A stretch of DNA of 62,523 nt, counting the filler, from an uncultured bacterium (lineage in GTDB: Bacteria; DAOPZR01), in the NCBI GenBank assembly GCA_964637655.1. It is 5 parts of 5 records of this genome, joined end to end, with 100 filler letters (N's around TTAATTAATTAA, not from the genome) between each part and the next. Parts side by side here need not be neighbours in the genome. Positions count along the whole stretch, not along the records: positions 37,975 to 50,270 come from CAZWUZ010000099.1; 4 more parts are not named here. One strand, given 5' to 3'. Below, one piece after another: positions 39,008-48,555 of the stretch. The stretch's first letter is position 1, and every line of letters begins with the position of its first letter. The position numbers were made by a program, and so were the translations under genes. The notes under the pieces were generated by a model that saw nothing but the letters and a program-made list of their open reading frames with translations, was not told where the DNA came from and ran no database searches.

Positions 39008-40100
39008 CCGGGTGCTCATGCTGGTGCTGGTGCTGCTGGTCTGCGGCAGCGCGGTCCCGGCCCGTGCCGCCCTCGAATCGGCCACCTCCGCAGCCGCCAT
39101 CGCCGCGGCCCTCGACATCGATTCCGCATGGCTGAACAGCATCACCCTCACCAGCAGCCTCGATACCGCGCCCGTGGATTCGCAGGCGGTCGGGGTCAGT
39201 ACCGGCACGCTGGGCAATTACCTGCCGGCCGCCGGCGGCTCGTTCTTTGTCATGTCGACCGGGTCCATCGCCGGCATTCCCGGCGGCAACGACGAGACCG
39301 GCATGTCGACCGACCTCGGGGTCGGCGGCAAGGACGATGACGGGGTGCAGCTGAAGATCGTGCTCAATGTGCCGGCCGGCATGAACACCTTCTCCTTCAA
39401 CTGGCACTTTCTCTCCGAGGAGTATCCCGAGTATGTCGGCTCGGCGTTCAATGACTTCTTCTTCTGCGAAGTCGGCACCAGCACGATCAGCTACGCCGGC
39501 AACACCCCCGCCTCCTCGACCAATGTCATCTACGACTACGCGGGAAAGATCATGAGCGTGAACAGCGATTTTTTCAACCGCGACGCCACGCACACCACGG
39601 GGACGGAATTCGACGGGGAAACCAAGCTGCTGCGCACCTGCATCCCCTGCACCCCGGGCGGCACCCTCACGCTCTACTTCACCATCGCTGATATGGGTGA
39701 CGCCATCCTCGACTCCGCGCTCTTTCTCGATAATTTTCTTTTCTCGCGCGACCGCCTCAATGCCCCCATCACCGTCGACGCCATCACCGCGGCGGAACTG
39801 GGCAAGAGCCAGCGCGAGGTCGAACCGGTCGCCTATCCGAATCCGTTCATCCCGTCGCGCGGCACGATGACCTTCGAGGCGTCGAACAGCGGCTGCGGGG
39901 TCTTCCAGGGCATCCGCCAGGTCGAGATTTTCACCCTGTACGGAGTGCTCGTGCGTACCCTGTCAGGCAATGGCGGCGCAACGGTCGAATGGGACGGGCG
40001 TAATGCACAGGGTTCCCCGGTCGCCAGCGGCATGTACGTCTACACCATCGCCACTGTGGACAACACCGTCGGCAAGGGGCGTTTCACCCTCGTCCGCTGA
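38976..40100 (+). CDS. Secreted protein with choice-of-anchor-L-like domain and C-terminal FlgD-Ig/sorting-like domain (start may be 39018)
   Basis: F.SEEYPEY..S.FND.F, DGET, IAD.GD..LDSA.F; YPNPF...IFT..G.LVR.L...WDGRN..G..VASG.Y. Confidence 0.72.
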   Translation: MSRSVSITACNRVLMLVLVLLVCGSAVPARAALESATSAAAIAAALDIDSAWLNSITLTSSLDTAPVDSQAVGVSTGTLGNYLPAAGGSFFVMSTGSIAGIPGGNDETGMSTDLGVGGKDDDGVQLKIVLNVPAGMNTFSFNWHFLSEEYPEYVGSAFNDFFFCEVGTSTISYAGNTPASSTNVIYDYAGKIMSVNSDFFNRDATHTTGTEFDGETKLLRTCIPCTPGGTLTLYFTIADMGDAILDSALFLDNFLFSRDRLNAPITVDAITAAELGKSQREVEPVAYPNPFIPSRGTMTFEASNSGCGVFQGIRQVEIFTLYGVLVRTLSGNGGATVEWDGRNAQGSPVASGMYVYTIATVDNTVGKGRFTLVR

Positions 40101-40105
40101 CCGCT

Positions 40106-41320
40106 CTACTGTTTTCCCTCCGTACACCGTGCCGCCAGCGGTGCATACCACGGTTCTGATTCCGGATTTCGCCCTGCCTGCCGCGCCGCGGCCGTAAGCT
40201 GCTGCAGCAGGTGCGCGGGATTGCCGAAGGGCGGGTCGGCCGCCGCCAGCGCGCGCAGCGCATTGTCGCCCGCGCGGACCTGTCCGCCGGCCAGCGCCTT
40301 GAGCGCCGCACGATACGCGGCGCGCTGCCGCAGCCATGCCGGGAAGAGCGCCGTCAGTTCCACCACCCGCTGCGCGTAGGTATGCCGTGCGCACACCGCC
40401 GCCGCGCCGCGTGCGGCAATGGCCGCCGCTTCCTCCGGGTGCGCGCGGAAATACCGCACCAGGTCAGGCAGGTCATCCCCGTGATGGATGACCAGTTCCT
40501 CACCGGGCCGGAAATGCCCGCGCAGCACCGGCTTGTCGTCGGTAAGCAGCAGGCAGCCGCAGGCGAGCGCCTCGAAGACGCGCATGTTCAGTGAATCGTT
40601 GCCGTGCGCCTGCGTGATGTTGACGGTCATGCCCGAAGCATTGTAAATGGCGTTCAGTTTCTCCCGGTCATGCTCCGGGCCGCGGTAGCAGTTGTTTAGG
40701 CGGTTATCAACACGCCAGCGGTCGGCACCCGGGCCGTGAATGACCAGTCCCGCGTCCGCCAGCGGCCGCAGCAGGCGGATCCGCTCGTCGGTGGCAATAC
40801 CGATAAACGACACCGGGACCGGGCGCGCCGCCCCCGGTGCCGCCTCCGTGCGAAAGTCCGCGGGGTTGACCCCCAGCGGCAGGTAGTGCGCGCGGTAAAA
40901 ACCGTCGGCATGCAGGCGGGCGAGCGCCACGCGATCCCAGCAGGCGTAGAGACAGTCCGGTCCCGTCATCGCCGAAAACAGCGGGTGCGCGCACAGTTTC
41001 GCAATATCCCAGTCATGAAAATCATAGAACAGATTGACCGTCGGCAGCTGCAGGCGGGAAAAGAGGTCGCCGCAGCCCGGCAGCGGAGCAAAGGCCTCCA
41101 TGCCGTAGGCGAGGTGCACCTCGGGACGGAAAGCCGCGATAGCGTCGAGTTCCGCCTGCAGGCGCGCGGTCTTATCCGCGCCGTCAGGCAGGTGCAGCAG
41201 CGGGCAGAAATCGATGAACTGCGTCGGGTGGCCCGCCGCGGCGCACGCGGCGGCGAAATCCGCCATGATGAAGCGCGCCGCGCTGTGCTGCCGGACGGTG
41301 AAGAGCAGGCGCAACGGCAT
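40106..41320 (-). CDS. CgeB-like glycosyltransferase (Glyco_trans_1_2)
   Basis: VSFIG, YN.S..TVN, NMRVFEALACG.LLLTD, HTY.QR. Confidence 0.82.
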   Translation of the reverse strand: MPLRLLFTVRQHSAARFIMADFAAACAAAGHPTQFIDFCPLLHLPDGADKTARLQAELDAIAAFRPEVHLAYGMEAFAPLPGCGDLFSRLQLPTVNLFYDFHDWDIAKLCAHPLFSAMTGPDCLYACWDRVALARLHADGFYRAHYLPLGVNPADFRTEAAPGAARPVPVSFIGIATDERIRLLRPLADAGLVIHGPGADRWRVDNRLNNCYRGPEHDREKLNAIYNASGMTVNITQAHGNDSLNMRVFEALACGCLLLTDDKPVLRGHFRPGEELVIHHGDDLPDLVRYFRAHPEEAAAIAARGAAAVCARHTYAQRVVELTALFPAWLRQRAAYRAALKALAGGQVRAGDNALRALAAADPPFGNPAHLLQQLTAAARQAGRNPESEPWYAPLAARCTEGKQ

Positions 41321-41949
41321 CAGTGCGCGGGCGTGTCGCCGTAGATGAAGCCCGCCGCCGCCACCGCGCGCAGGCCGACCGCGTCATCCACCGCGTTGAA
41401 CATCCAGACCGCCCGCCCGCAGCGCACGTAGGCAACGTCGTTGGGCGCCTGCGGATCCGGTTGCTCACGCCGCAGGAAGGTGATGCCGCGCGGGTCTTCG
41501 AAGTCGACGGCAAAACCCGGCCAGCGCCGCGCCATCTCCGCCGCGGCGGTCGTGTCGTCGCGGAACTCATGCCGCACCACCTCGATGTGCGGGCTGCGTC
41601 CGGTCAGCACCGTGCGGTGACTCAGCCACGGGCGGCGCTGCGGTTCGTAGCCGAACACCTCCACCGCCACCTCGTCGCCGAACGGTTCCGGCGCCACCCG
41701 CGCGCTGACCCGCTCGTAGCGGATGTCGCCGTAGCGGACGAAGCGCACGACCACGCTGTCGGGCGGGGCATAGCCGGTCACCGCCCCGGGCGGCACCGGT
41801 TCAGCCAGCGGCGGCGGCACCTCCCGTCCCTGCCACTCCTGCTGCTGTCCCTGCCACCACTTGCGGGCAAACCACGCCCCGACCGCGAGCGTGATGAGCA
41901 CCATGAGAACGAAAAAGAACTTGTCGGTGCGGTCGCGGAAGATGCTCAC
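41320..41949 (-). CDS. Membrane-anchored hypothetical protein
   Basis: Single N-terminal TM; overlaps neighbouring stop and start codons. Confidence 0.55.
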   Translation of the reverse strand: MSIFRDRTDKFFFVLMVLITLAVGAWFARKWWQGQQQEWQGREVPPPLAEPVPPGAVTGYAPPDSVVVRFVRYGDIRYERVSARVAPEPFGDEVAVEVFGYEPQRRPWLSHRTVLTGRSPHIEVVRHEFRDDTTAAAEMARRWPGFAVDFEDPRGITFLRREQPDPQAPNDVAYVRCGRAVWMFNAVDDAVGLRAVAAAGFIYGDTPAH

Positions 41950-42533
41950 GGAGCGTTGTTGAGGGTCTTCGCCAGTTCGCGGCAGAGCACCAGCGCGAGG
42001 AACGACGGCTCTGCGCGCAGGCGCGGAATATCGCTGTGCGCGACGAGCGCGCGCACGTTCGGGTCGTCGCTGTTGAAGGTGTCGCGCGCCTGCCAGACCT
42101 GCTTGCCCGTCTCCACCGCCACTAAGCGCATGGAGATGCCCACCCGCCCCTTCGCGTAGTCGGTGATGGTGCCGAGCAGCACCCCCTGCGCGCCGAGCAT
42201 CTTCCCGATGCGCGCCGCCGTCGTCTCGTCGATGCGGTCGGGAGCGAAGTCCTGTTCGTCGAACAGCGCCTGCACGCGGATGCGCTCGACAAGGTGGAAG
42301 AGACGCGTCGCCCCGAGCTGCAGGTTGGCCTGGTCGGTCACCTCGTCACGCCCCGAACCGCTGCCGGCGAAATCGGCGAAGGGCAGCACTGCCACCGTCT
42401 GCCCCTGCAGCTGCCGGATATCCGGGTCGATGAAGTAGTTGGTGACGCGGTAGGGCTGATCGCCCCGCGTCGTCGCGCACCCCGCCAGCAGCCCCAGCAG
42501 CAGCACCCCCGTCAGCAGCATTCGCATGGCCAC
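41946..42533 (-). CDS. CsgG/HfaB-like lipoprotein
   Basis: Lipobox LLAGC; VAVLPF, LVER, A.RIGKMLGA, RLV.VETG..VW. Confidence 0.75.
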   Translation of the reverse strand: MAMRMLLTGVLLLGLLAGCATTRGDQPYRVTNYFIDPDIRQLQGQTVAVLPFADFAGSGSGRDEVTDQANLQLGATRLFHLVERIRVQALFDEQDFAPDRIDETTAARIGKMLGAQGVLLGTITDYAKGRVGISMRLVAVETGKQVWQARDTFNSDDPNVRALVAHSDIPRLRAEPSFLALVLCRELAKTLNNAP

Positions 42534-42614
42534 CCTCCTGTCCCGCAGCGAATATACCTTAGACAGCCCCGCCCGGCAATCGGTTACGCGGTCACCCCGA
42601 CCGGCGGCGGCGGT

Positions 42615-43775
42615 TCAGGCGCCAGCGACCGCGGCCTGCAGCGCCGCCGCCACGTCCCGCTGCACGCGCAGCGGCATGCCGGCCCACAGCGGCAGGGAGA
42701 TGGTGGTCAGCATGGCCGCATGCGCGTGCGGGCAGCGTGCCCGCCGCGGCAGCGCGCGGTAGAAGGCGAGATCCGGCACGCACTGCGTGGCCGGCCGGGT
42801 CTGGATACCGGCCCGTTGCAGATGGCGCACCAGCGCGTCACGGAAAGCCGTCGCCCGTGCCACCCCGCCACGTCCGTTCCTGATCCTGATGGTATACGAC
42901 TGGTAGATATGCACGGTGTCCGGCCGGGCGGCCGGCAGGGCGATAACCCCCGTGAGCGGAGCAAGCAGCCGGTCATAGCGGGCAGCAGCCCGGCGGCGGC
43001 CGCGAATCACCGCGCCAAGCTTTTCCATCTGGGCGCATCCGACTGCCGCCAGCAGATCGTTGAACCGGAAGTTGAACCCGGGCAGATCATGGTCGGGCAT
43101 CGCATCCGGTGCCGCGTTGACCGGGTACGCCGCCGCCCCGTGATTGCGGAACTGTTCCAGCCACCCGGCCAGGCGCGCATCATCGGTCGTGATGATGCCG
43201 CCCTCGCCCGTGGTGATGTTCTTGCGCGGATGCAGCGAAAAACAGGTGGCCTGCGCGAGCGTGCCGACCGGCCGGCCGCGGTAACACGTCCCCAGCGCGC
43301 AGGCCGCGTCGGCAATGAGCGGGATGCCGCGTTGCCTGAGCAGCGGCGCAATCCGGCGGTAGTCGGCCGGCGCCCCGAACAGGTCAACCGTGATAACCGC
43401 CCGCGTACGACGTGACAGAGCAGCGCACAGGGATACGGGGTCAACCGTGTAGTCGTCAAGGCGGATGTCGGCAAAACGCACGGTGGCACCGGCCAGCACG
43501 GCGGCGTTGGCAGTTGCCACATACGTGAAGGCCGGGACCACCACTTCGTCACCCGGTCCGATCCCCAGGCCGCGCAGCACGCAGTAGAGCGCGATTGTGG
43601 CGTTCGGTACCGGTATGACGAACCGTGCACCGGTCACCCGGCGGACCTGTTCCCTGAACCGGGCGGTAAACGGTCCCTCCACCAGCCAGCCCGAAGCGAG
43701 AACCCGGCGCAGGTTGCGCAGTTCGGCCCCGTCAAAACAGGGGCGGGTGAGCGGGATACGCGGTGCACGTGTCAT
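42615..43775 (-). CDS. DegT/DnrJ-family sugar aminotransferase
   Basis: GDEVVVPAFTYVAT, DAACALG, SLHPRKNITTGEGG, GFNFR. Confidence 0.92.
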   Translation of the reverse strand: MTRAPRIPLTRPCFDGAELRNLRRVLASGWLVEGPFTARFREQVRRVTGARFVIPVPNATIALYCVLRGLGIGPGDEVVVPAFTYVATANAAVLAGATVRFADIRLDDYTVDPVSLCAALSRRTRAVITVDLFGAPADYRRIAPLLRQRGIPLIADAACALGTCYRGRPVGTLAQATCFSLHPRKNITTGEGGIITTDDARLAGWLEQFRNHGAAAYPVNAAPDAMPDHDLPGFNFRFNDLLAAVGCAQMEKLGAVIRGRRRAAARYDRLLAPLTGVIALPAARPDTVHIYQSYTIRIRNGRGGVARATAFRDALVRHLQRAGIQTRPATQCVPDLAFYRALPRRARCPHAHAAMLTTISLPLWAGMPLRVQRDVAAALQAAVAGA

Positions 43776-43848
43776 CAGTCAATCCTTTCTCAACCCCGGG
43801 GCGAGGCAGTGCCGCAGCAGCTGCAGGTACCGGCAGTTTTCCCGGCCG

Positions 43849-45030
43849 TCAGCGTGGTCGCCCGAACAGGTGCGGCGCGGCCCGGCGCAGGGCCTGGTCG
43901 AATTCCTGCGCGATGACCGCGTTCCCCGCGTCATTGGTATGGATGTAGTCACCGGGAATGAACAGGCGGGTGCGTTCGGCAGACGGCATGCGGTTGAAAT
44001 GTTCCGCCAGGTCAACCAGCGTGGCACCGGTCTCCCGCGCTACACGCCGCACGGTGTCATTGTAGAGGGTATGGACAATGATCACGCTCTCCGTGTCAAT
44101 CTGCACCAGCACGGGCGGCACGTGCGGCGGAAAAACCCGGTGCTGCGGCAGGTAGGTGAAATCCGCCGGCGCGGTGGCCAGCAGCACCGCCACGCCCTGT
44201 TCACGCCCGAACGCGACGAAGGCGCGCAGGTTGGCAGCGTATTCATCCAGCGGCACGCGGTACTGGCGGGTCGCGTCGATCACCGCCGCCATGCTGTCCG
44301 CGCCCGTGGCCAGGGGATAGGCGACAGGCGGCGTGCGGGTGGTTCCTGCCGGCGCCGCGGCCGGCGGCGCCGGTGCGGGTTCCGGTTCCGGGCGCAGCAT
44401 CGCTTCGCGCACCAGCAGGTGCAGTCGCGACAGGGACTGCCCGAACCGCCACTGGTGGAGCAGGTGCCCCAGGCGGAACGAGAGCGCTTCCCCGAGCAGC
44501 CGCTGCTTGATGCTGGTTTCCGGCCAGTGGTCATTCCAGCCGTAGTAGACCGTGAGCACGTCCGGCGCATAACGGACGATATCGCTGCGCAGCCACATCA
44601 GGCCCTGGCGGGTGCAGTACCCGGAGACCCCGGCATTGATCACCGCCCACGCCCCCGGGGTAGTGTCCTCACCGTCGAGCAGGCCCTGCCAGTGCCCCGC
44701 ATACGTGCGCGTGTCACCGACCGCGCAGCCGAACGTGCACGAGCAGCCGAGCGCGAAAATACGCCGCTGGCCCGCCGGCTTCTGCGGCGGAAACTCCGGG
44801 CCGCGGAACCCGAGGGTATTGACGCTGATTATGCCCGTCGGTGCCGCCGACCGGGAGCCGGCCGTCAGGCGCCACCCGCGCACCGGGTCGGTCTCGTTGT
44901 ACACTTCGCCGAATTCCACGCCGCTGATCCGCAGCAGCACTTCCGCGCAGAGCAGTGCCACCAGGCACCCGAACCCGAGCAGGGCGGCCCGCTGCACCCA
45001 CGGATGCTGCCGCCACCAGTTGCGATCCAT
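43849..45030 (-). CDS. Membrane-anchored SGNH/GDSL hydrolase
   Basis: N..GFRG, LGCSCTFG, NAGVSGY, GWND, DYIH; ATG 45030 follows a GAGGTGA RBS. Confidence 0.85.
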   Translation of the reverse strand: MDRNWWRQHPWVQRAALLGFGCLVALLCAEVLLRISGVEFGEVYNETDPVRGWRLTAGSRSAAPTGIISVNTLGFRGPEFPPQKPAGQRRIFALGCSCTFGCAVGDTRTYAGHWQGLLDGEDTTPGAWAVINAGVSGYCTRQGLMWLRSDIVRYAPDVLTVYYGWNDHWPETSIKQRLLGEALSFRLGHLLHQWRFGQSLSRLHLLVREAMLRPEPEPAPAPPAAAPAGTTRTPPVAYPLATGADSMAAVIDATRQYRVPLDEYAANLRAFVAFGREQGVAVLLATAPADFTYLPQHRVFPPHVPPVLVQIDTESVIIVHTLYNDTVRRVARETGATLVDLAEHFNRMPSAERTRLFIPGDYIHTNDAGNAVIAQEFDQALRRAAPHLFGRPR

Positions 45031-45218
45031 GCTCACCTCTTACCCGGACACCGGCACCCCTGCTGCCGGCAGAATACCGCACCATCCCGCCCGTATCGTA
45101 GCACCTCGCGCCCTGCCCCGTCAATTTCGCCGGGCGGCAGCGGGGGACGGGGCAGAGCCGTCGCCGCGGACCGTGCCGGCAGGCAGGCCCGGCATCCCGG
45201 GTGGCCGTCAGCGGTCAT

Positions 45219-45248
45219 TTGACAATCACTGCCTCGACGAGATATTAT
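45219..45248 (+). promoter_or_regulatory. Putative sigma70 promoter (divergent partner TTGACG-N18-TACGAT on the minus strand at 45095-45124)
   Basis: TTGACA-N18-TATTAT upstream of a GGGAGG RBS. Confidence 0.55.
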
Positions 45249-45286
45249 CCCACCTGTTCCGGCCACGACCGGACGGGAGGCTACTG

Positions 45287-46255
45287 ATGGTACGCAACAA
45301 GCGGATTCTGCTCACCGGCGGCGCCGGGTTCATCGGGTCGGTGCTCTGCCGGAAACTCGCGGCCGCCAACCGCCTGACGGTACTCGACACCTTTTCCCGC
45401 GACGCGCTGAGCAGCACCCCGGTCGCCCGGCACCGCAACCTGACCATGGTGCGCGGGGACGTGCTCGACCCGCAGACCGTGGCGGAATGCGTGCGCGGCC
45501 AGGACATCGTCATCCACCTGGCTGCCGTCGCGGGCATCGACACGGTCAAGAAAGACACCGTGCGCACGATGCAGATCAACCTCATCGGCACCTACAACGT
45601 GCTCGAACAGACCCGCCAGCATAACCCGCGGGTGGAAAAGGTTATCTGTTTCTCAACCAGCGAGGTGTTCGGCACACATGTCTACAAGGCGGAGGAGCGC
45701 AACGCCACCACGCTGGGCGCGGTCGGCGAAGGGCGCTGGACCTACGCGGTGAGCAAGCTGGCGGGCGAACACTTTGCCTACAGTTATTACAAAACCCACG
45801 GCCTGCCGACCGTCACCGTCCGCCCGTTCAATATCTACGGGCCCGGGCAGATCGGGGAGGGCGCCATCCACATCTTCATCGACCGCGCCATCCGCAACCA
45901 GGCCATCCGCATCCACGGCGACGGGACGCAGATCCGTTCGTGGTGCTACGTCGACGATCTGCTCAACGCCATGATGCTGATCCTGGAGAACCGCCGGGCG
46001 GTCGGCCATGCCTTCAACATCGGCAACCCGCAGGGGACGGTCACCATCGAGCACCTGGCGGAGAAGGTCGTCCGCCTGGCCGGGTCGCGCAGCCGCATCA
46101 CCCACATCAACAAGGGCTACGCCGACGTCGAGCTGCGCATCCCGTCGATCAGCAAAGCGCAGGAGATTCTCGGCTACAGCCCGCGGGTCTCACTGGACGA
46201 CGGGCTGACCCGCACCATCGCCTGGTACCGCCGGGCGCAGCGGCGGAAGGCGTAG
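45287..46255 (+). CDS. NAD-dependent nucleotide-sugar epimerase/dehydratase
   Basis: TGGAGFIG, HLAA, STSEVFG, YAVSK, FNIYGP. Confidence 0.92.
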   Translation: MVRNKRILLTGGAGFIGSVLCRKLAAANRLTVLDTFSRDALSSTPVARHRNLTMVRGDVLDPQTVAECVRGQDIVIHLAAVAGIDTVKKDTVRTMQINLIGTYNVLEQTRQHNPRVEKVICFSTSEVFGTHVYKAEERNATTLGAVGEGRWTYAVSKLAGEHFAYSYYKTHGLPTVTVRPFNIYGPGQIGEGAIHIFIDRAIRNQAIRIHGDGTQIRSWCYVDDLLNAMMLILENRRAVGHAFNIGNPQGTVTIEHLAEKVVRLAGSRSRITHINKGYADVELRIPSISKAQEILGYSPRVSLDDGLTRTIAWYRRAQRRKA

Positions 46256-46260
46256 GCGCC

Positions 46261-47067
46261 ATGGGCACCCCGGCGCGCATCGCGCAGATCCACGGCTACT
46301 GGGAACAGAAAGCGGCGGGCACCGCCACCCTGGCCCCCGCCGCGACGATGAAGGATGTCATCCTGCGCGAACTGGAGATTGCCGCCCTGTCGCGCCAGCT
46401 CCGCCGGCGTGACCGGGTCATCGACCTCGGGTGTGGCAACGGGTTTTCCTCGTTCCGCTTCGCCCGCCTGGTGCGGCACCTGCACGGGGTGGATTACAGC
46501 GCGGCGATGGTCGCCCAGTGCGAGCGGGCGCGCCGGCGCCGGCGCACAGCCAATATTGATTTTGCCGTCGGTGACGTCACGCGGCTGGACGCCGGCTACG
46601 CCGGCAGCTTCGACGTGGCCATCACCGAGCGCTGTCTCATCAACCTCCCCGACTGGCGCACGCAGCAGCGCGCCATCCGCGAGATCCACCGGACACTGCG
46701 CCCCGGCGGCCGTTTCCTGATGCTGGAGGGGATTGCCGAGCACTTCGCGCAGCTCAACCGCCTGCGCACGCAGTGTGGACTCCCCGCCATCCGCCTCGAC
46801 TGGCATAACCGCCTCTTTGCGCGCCGGCGTCTGTTCACCTTCCTCCGCTCCCTGTTCACGGTCACGGCGGAGATCGATTTCGGCGCCTACTACGTGGTAT
46901 CCCGGGTTGTCCATCCGCTGGCCGTCGCGCCGGCCGAGCCGCAGTTCACCGCGCCATGCAACCGGGCGGCGGCGCAGCTGGCCGGCCTGCCGGACGCGCC
47001 CGCCTGGCGCGACAGCAGCATCAACGTCCTGCTCGTCCTTACCAAGCGCGCCGCCACCCGGCGATGA
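46261..47067 (+). CDS. Class I SAM-dependent methyltransferase
   Basis: IDLGCGNG, GVDYS, ERCLINL, LRPGG. Confidence 0.85.
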   Translation: MGTPARIAQIHGYWEQKAAGTATLAPAATMKDVILRELEIAALSRQLRRRDRVIDLGCGNGFSSFRFARLVRHLHGVDYSAAMVAQCERARRRRRTANIDFAVGDVTRLDAGYAGSFDVAITERCLINLPDWRTQQRAIREIHRTLRPGGRFLMLEGIAEHFAQLNRLRTQCGLPAIRLDWHNRLFARRRLFTFLRSLFTVTAEIDFGAYYVVSRVVHPLAVAPAEPQFTAPCNRAAAQLAGLPDAPAWRDSSINVLLVLTKRAATRR

Positions 47068-47813
47068 ACATGCCGCCGGGTGACGCGCCCGGGATTACGG
47101 TCATCGTTCCCGCCTATAACGAGGCGGAAGCGCTGCCCGAAACCATCGCTGACATCGATGCGTTTTTCCGCACCCGCCCCGACCTGCCCTGCGACATCAT
47201 CATCTGCGACGACGGCAGCACCGATGCCACCCCGGCGGTTTGTGCTGATCTGGCGGCACGCTATCCCGCCGTCCGGGTCCGGCGGGCGGAGCGCAACGGC
47301 GGTATGGGCGCGGCCATCAAACTCGGACTCGCCGCGGCCGCGCGCGAATACCTCTACGTCCATCCGGCCGACAACCAGTTCGCCATCACCTGCTGCGGCG
47401 CCATGCTCGACACGATCGGCGACGCGGACCTGGTCATCGGTTCGCGCCCGGTCAAGGACGAGTCCTACTCGCCCCTGCGCACCTTCCTCTCCGATTTCCA
47501 GTACACGCTGGTCCGCGTCCTGCTCGGCGTCGACCTGCAGTACCACGTCGGGCTCAATCTCTACCGGCACCGCATCTTCGCCACCGTGCGTCCCGTCTTC
47601 AACAGTTGCGTGCTCAATGTCGAGATTGTCGTCAAGGCGCGCTTGCAGCGCTACGCGCTGCGCTCGCTGCTGGTCGACGTCCGCCCGCGGCGCCACGGCA
47701 CCTCGCGCCAGATGCTGACGCGGAATTTCCTGCGCACGTTCGCGGACTTCCTGCTGATGTTCGTCTATCTCACCCTGTGGCGGGCCACCGGCCATGCACG
47801 ACGCCGCGTATAA
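47064..47813 (+). CDS. Glycosyltransferase family 2
   Basis: VPAYNE, DDGSTDAT, N.GMG.A, PADNQF. Confidence 0.85.
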   Translation: MNMPPGDAPGITVIVPAYNEAEALPETIADIDAFFRTRPDLPCDIIICDDGSTDATPAVCADLAARYPAVRVRRAERNGGMGAAIKLGLAAAAREYLYVHPADNQFAITCCGAMLDTIGDADLVIGSRPVKDESYSPLRTFLSDFQYTLVRVLLGVDLQYHVGLNLYRHRIFATVRPVFNSCVLNVEIVVKARLQRYALRSLLVDVRPRRHGTSRQMLTRNFLRTFADFLLMFVYLTLWRATGHARRRV

Positions 47814-48555
47814 TTTTCTCGCTGCGCACGAGCTCACCTACTGGTATCACGCTGCGCGCAACCGCCTGCTCGCGCGCCTGCTCGCCGGCGCGCTGCCGCC
47901 GGACGCCGCCGGACGGCACCTGGACATCGGCTGCGGCACCGCCGGCCTGCTGCAGGTGCTGCACACCCGCCTGCCCGCGGTCAGCGGTTACGGCTGCGAG
48001 CGCGCGCTGCCGGCCCTGCGCCTGGCCCGGCAGCACGGGCGCCCCGGCCGGCTGGTCAACGGCACGGCGCTCTCCCTGCCCTTCGCCGACGGCAGTTTTG
48101 CCAGCGTCTCGCTCATCGAAATCCTCTACCACGCGTGGATCAGCAATCCGGCCGACGCGCTGCGCGAGGTCCGGCGCGTGCTGCAGCCGGGCGGCGTGCT
48201 GCTGCTGGTGGATGCCGCACACCCGTTTCTCGAGCCGACCCTCAACGACGGCCTGCAGTGCTGCGTGCGCCGGTTCAGCCGGGCGCAGCTCGACCGCGCG
48301 CTGACGGCGGCGGGGTTCCGCGTCAGCCTGCGCACGTCGCTGCATTTCCTGCCGCTCGTCTTCGCGCTGCTGCAGCACGCGCGGCGGCAACTGCTTCCGC
48401 CCCCGCCGCCGCCCGCCGCCCCGCAGCTGAAATTCGCCCCGCTGCCGCCCGCACTCAACCGTCTGCTACTCTGGTGGTACGCCGGCGAGTGCCTGCTCGC
48501 CCGCCACCGGCTGCATCCCGGCGGTACCGCCCACGTCTATGTCGCCCGGGCGTAA
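47794..48555 (+). CDS. Class I SAM-dependent methyltransferase
   Basis: LDIGCGT, LPFAD.SF, RVLQPGG. Confidence 0.85.
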   Translation: MHDAAYNFLAAHELTYWYHAARNRLLARLLAGALPPDAAGRHLDIGCGTAGLLQVLHTRLPAVSGYGCERALPALRLARQHGRPGRLVNGTALSLPFADGSFASVSLIEILYHAWISNPADALREVRRVLQPGGVLLLVDAAHPFLEPTLNDGLQCCVRRFSRAQLDRALTAAGFRVSLRTSLHFLPLVFALLQHARRQLLPPPPPPAAPQLKFAPLPPALNRLLLWWYAGECLLARHRLHPGGTAHVYVARA

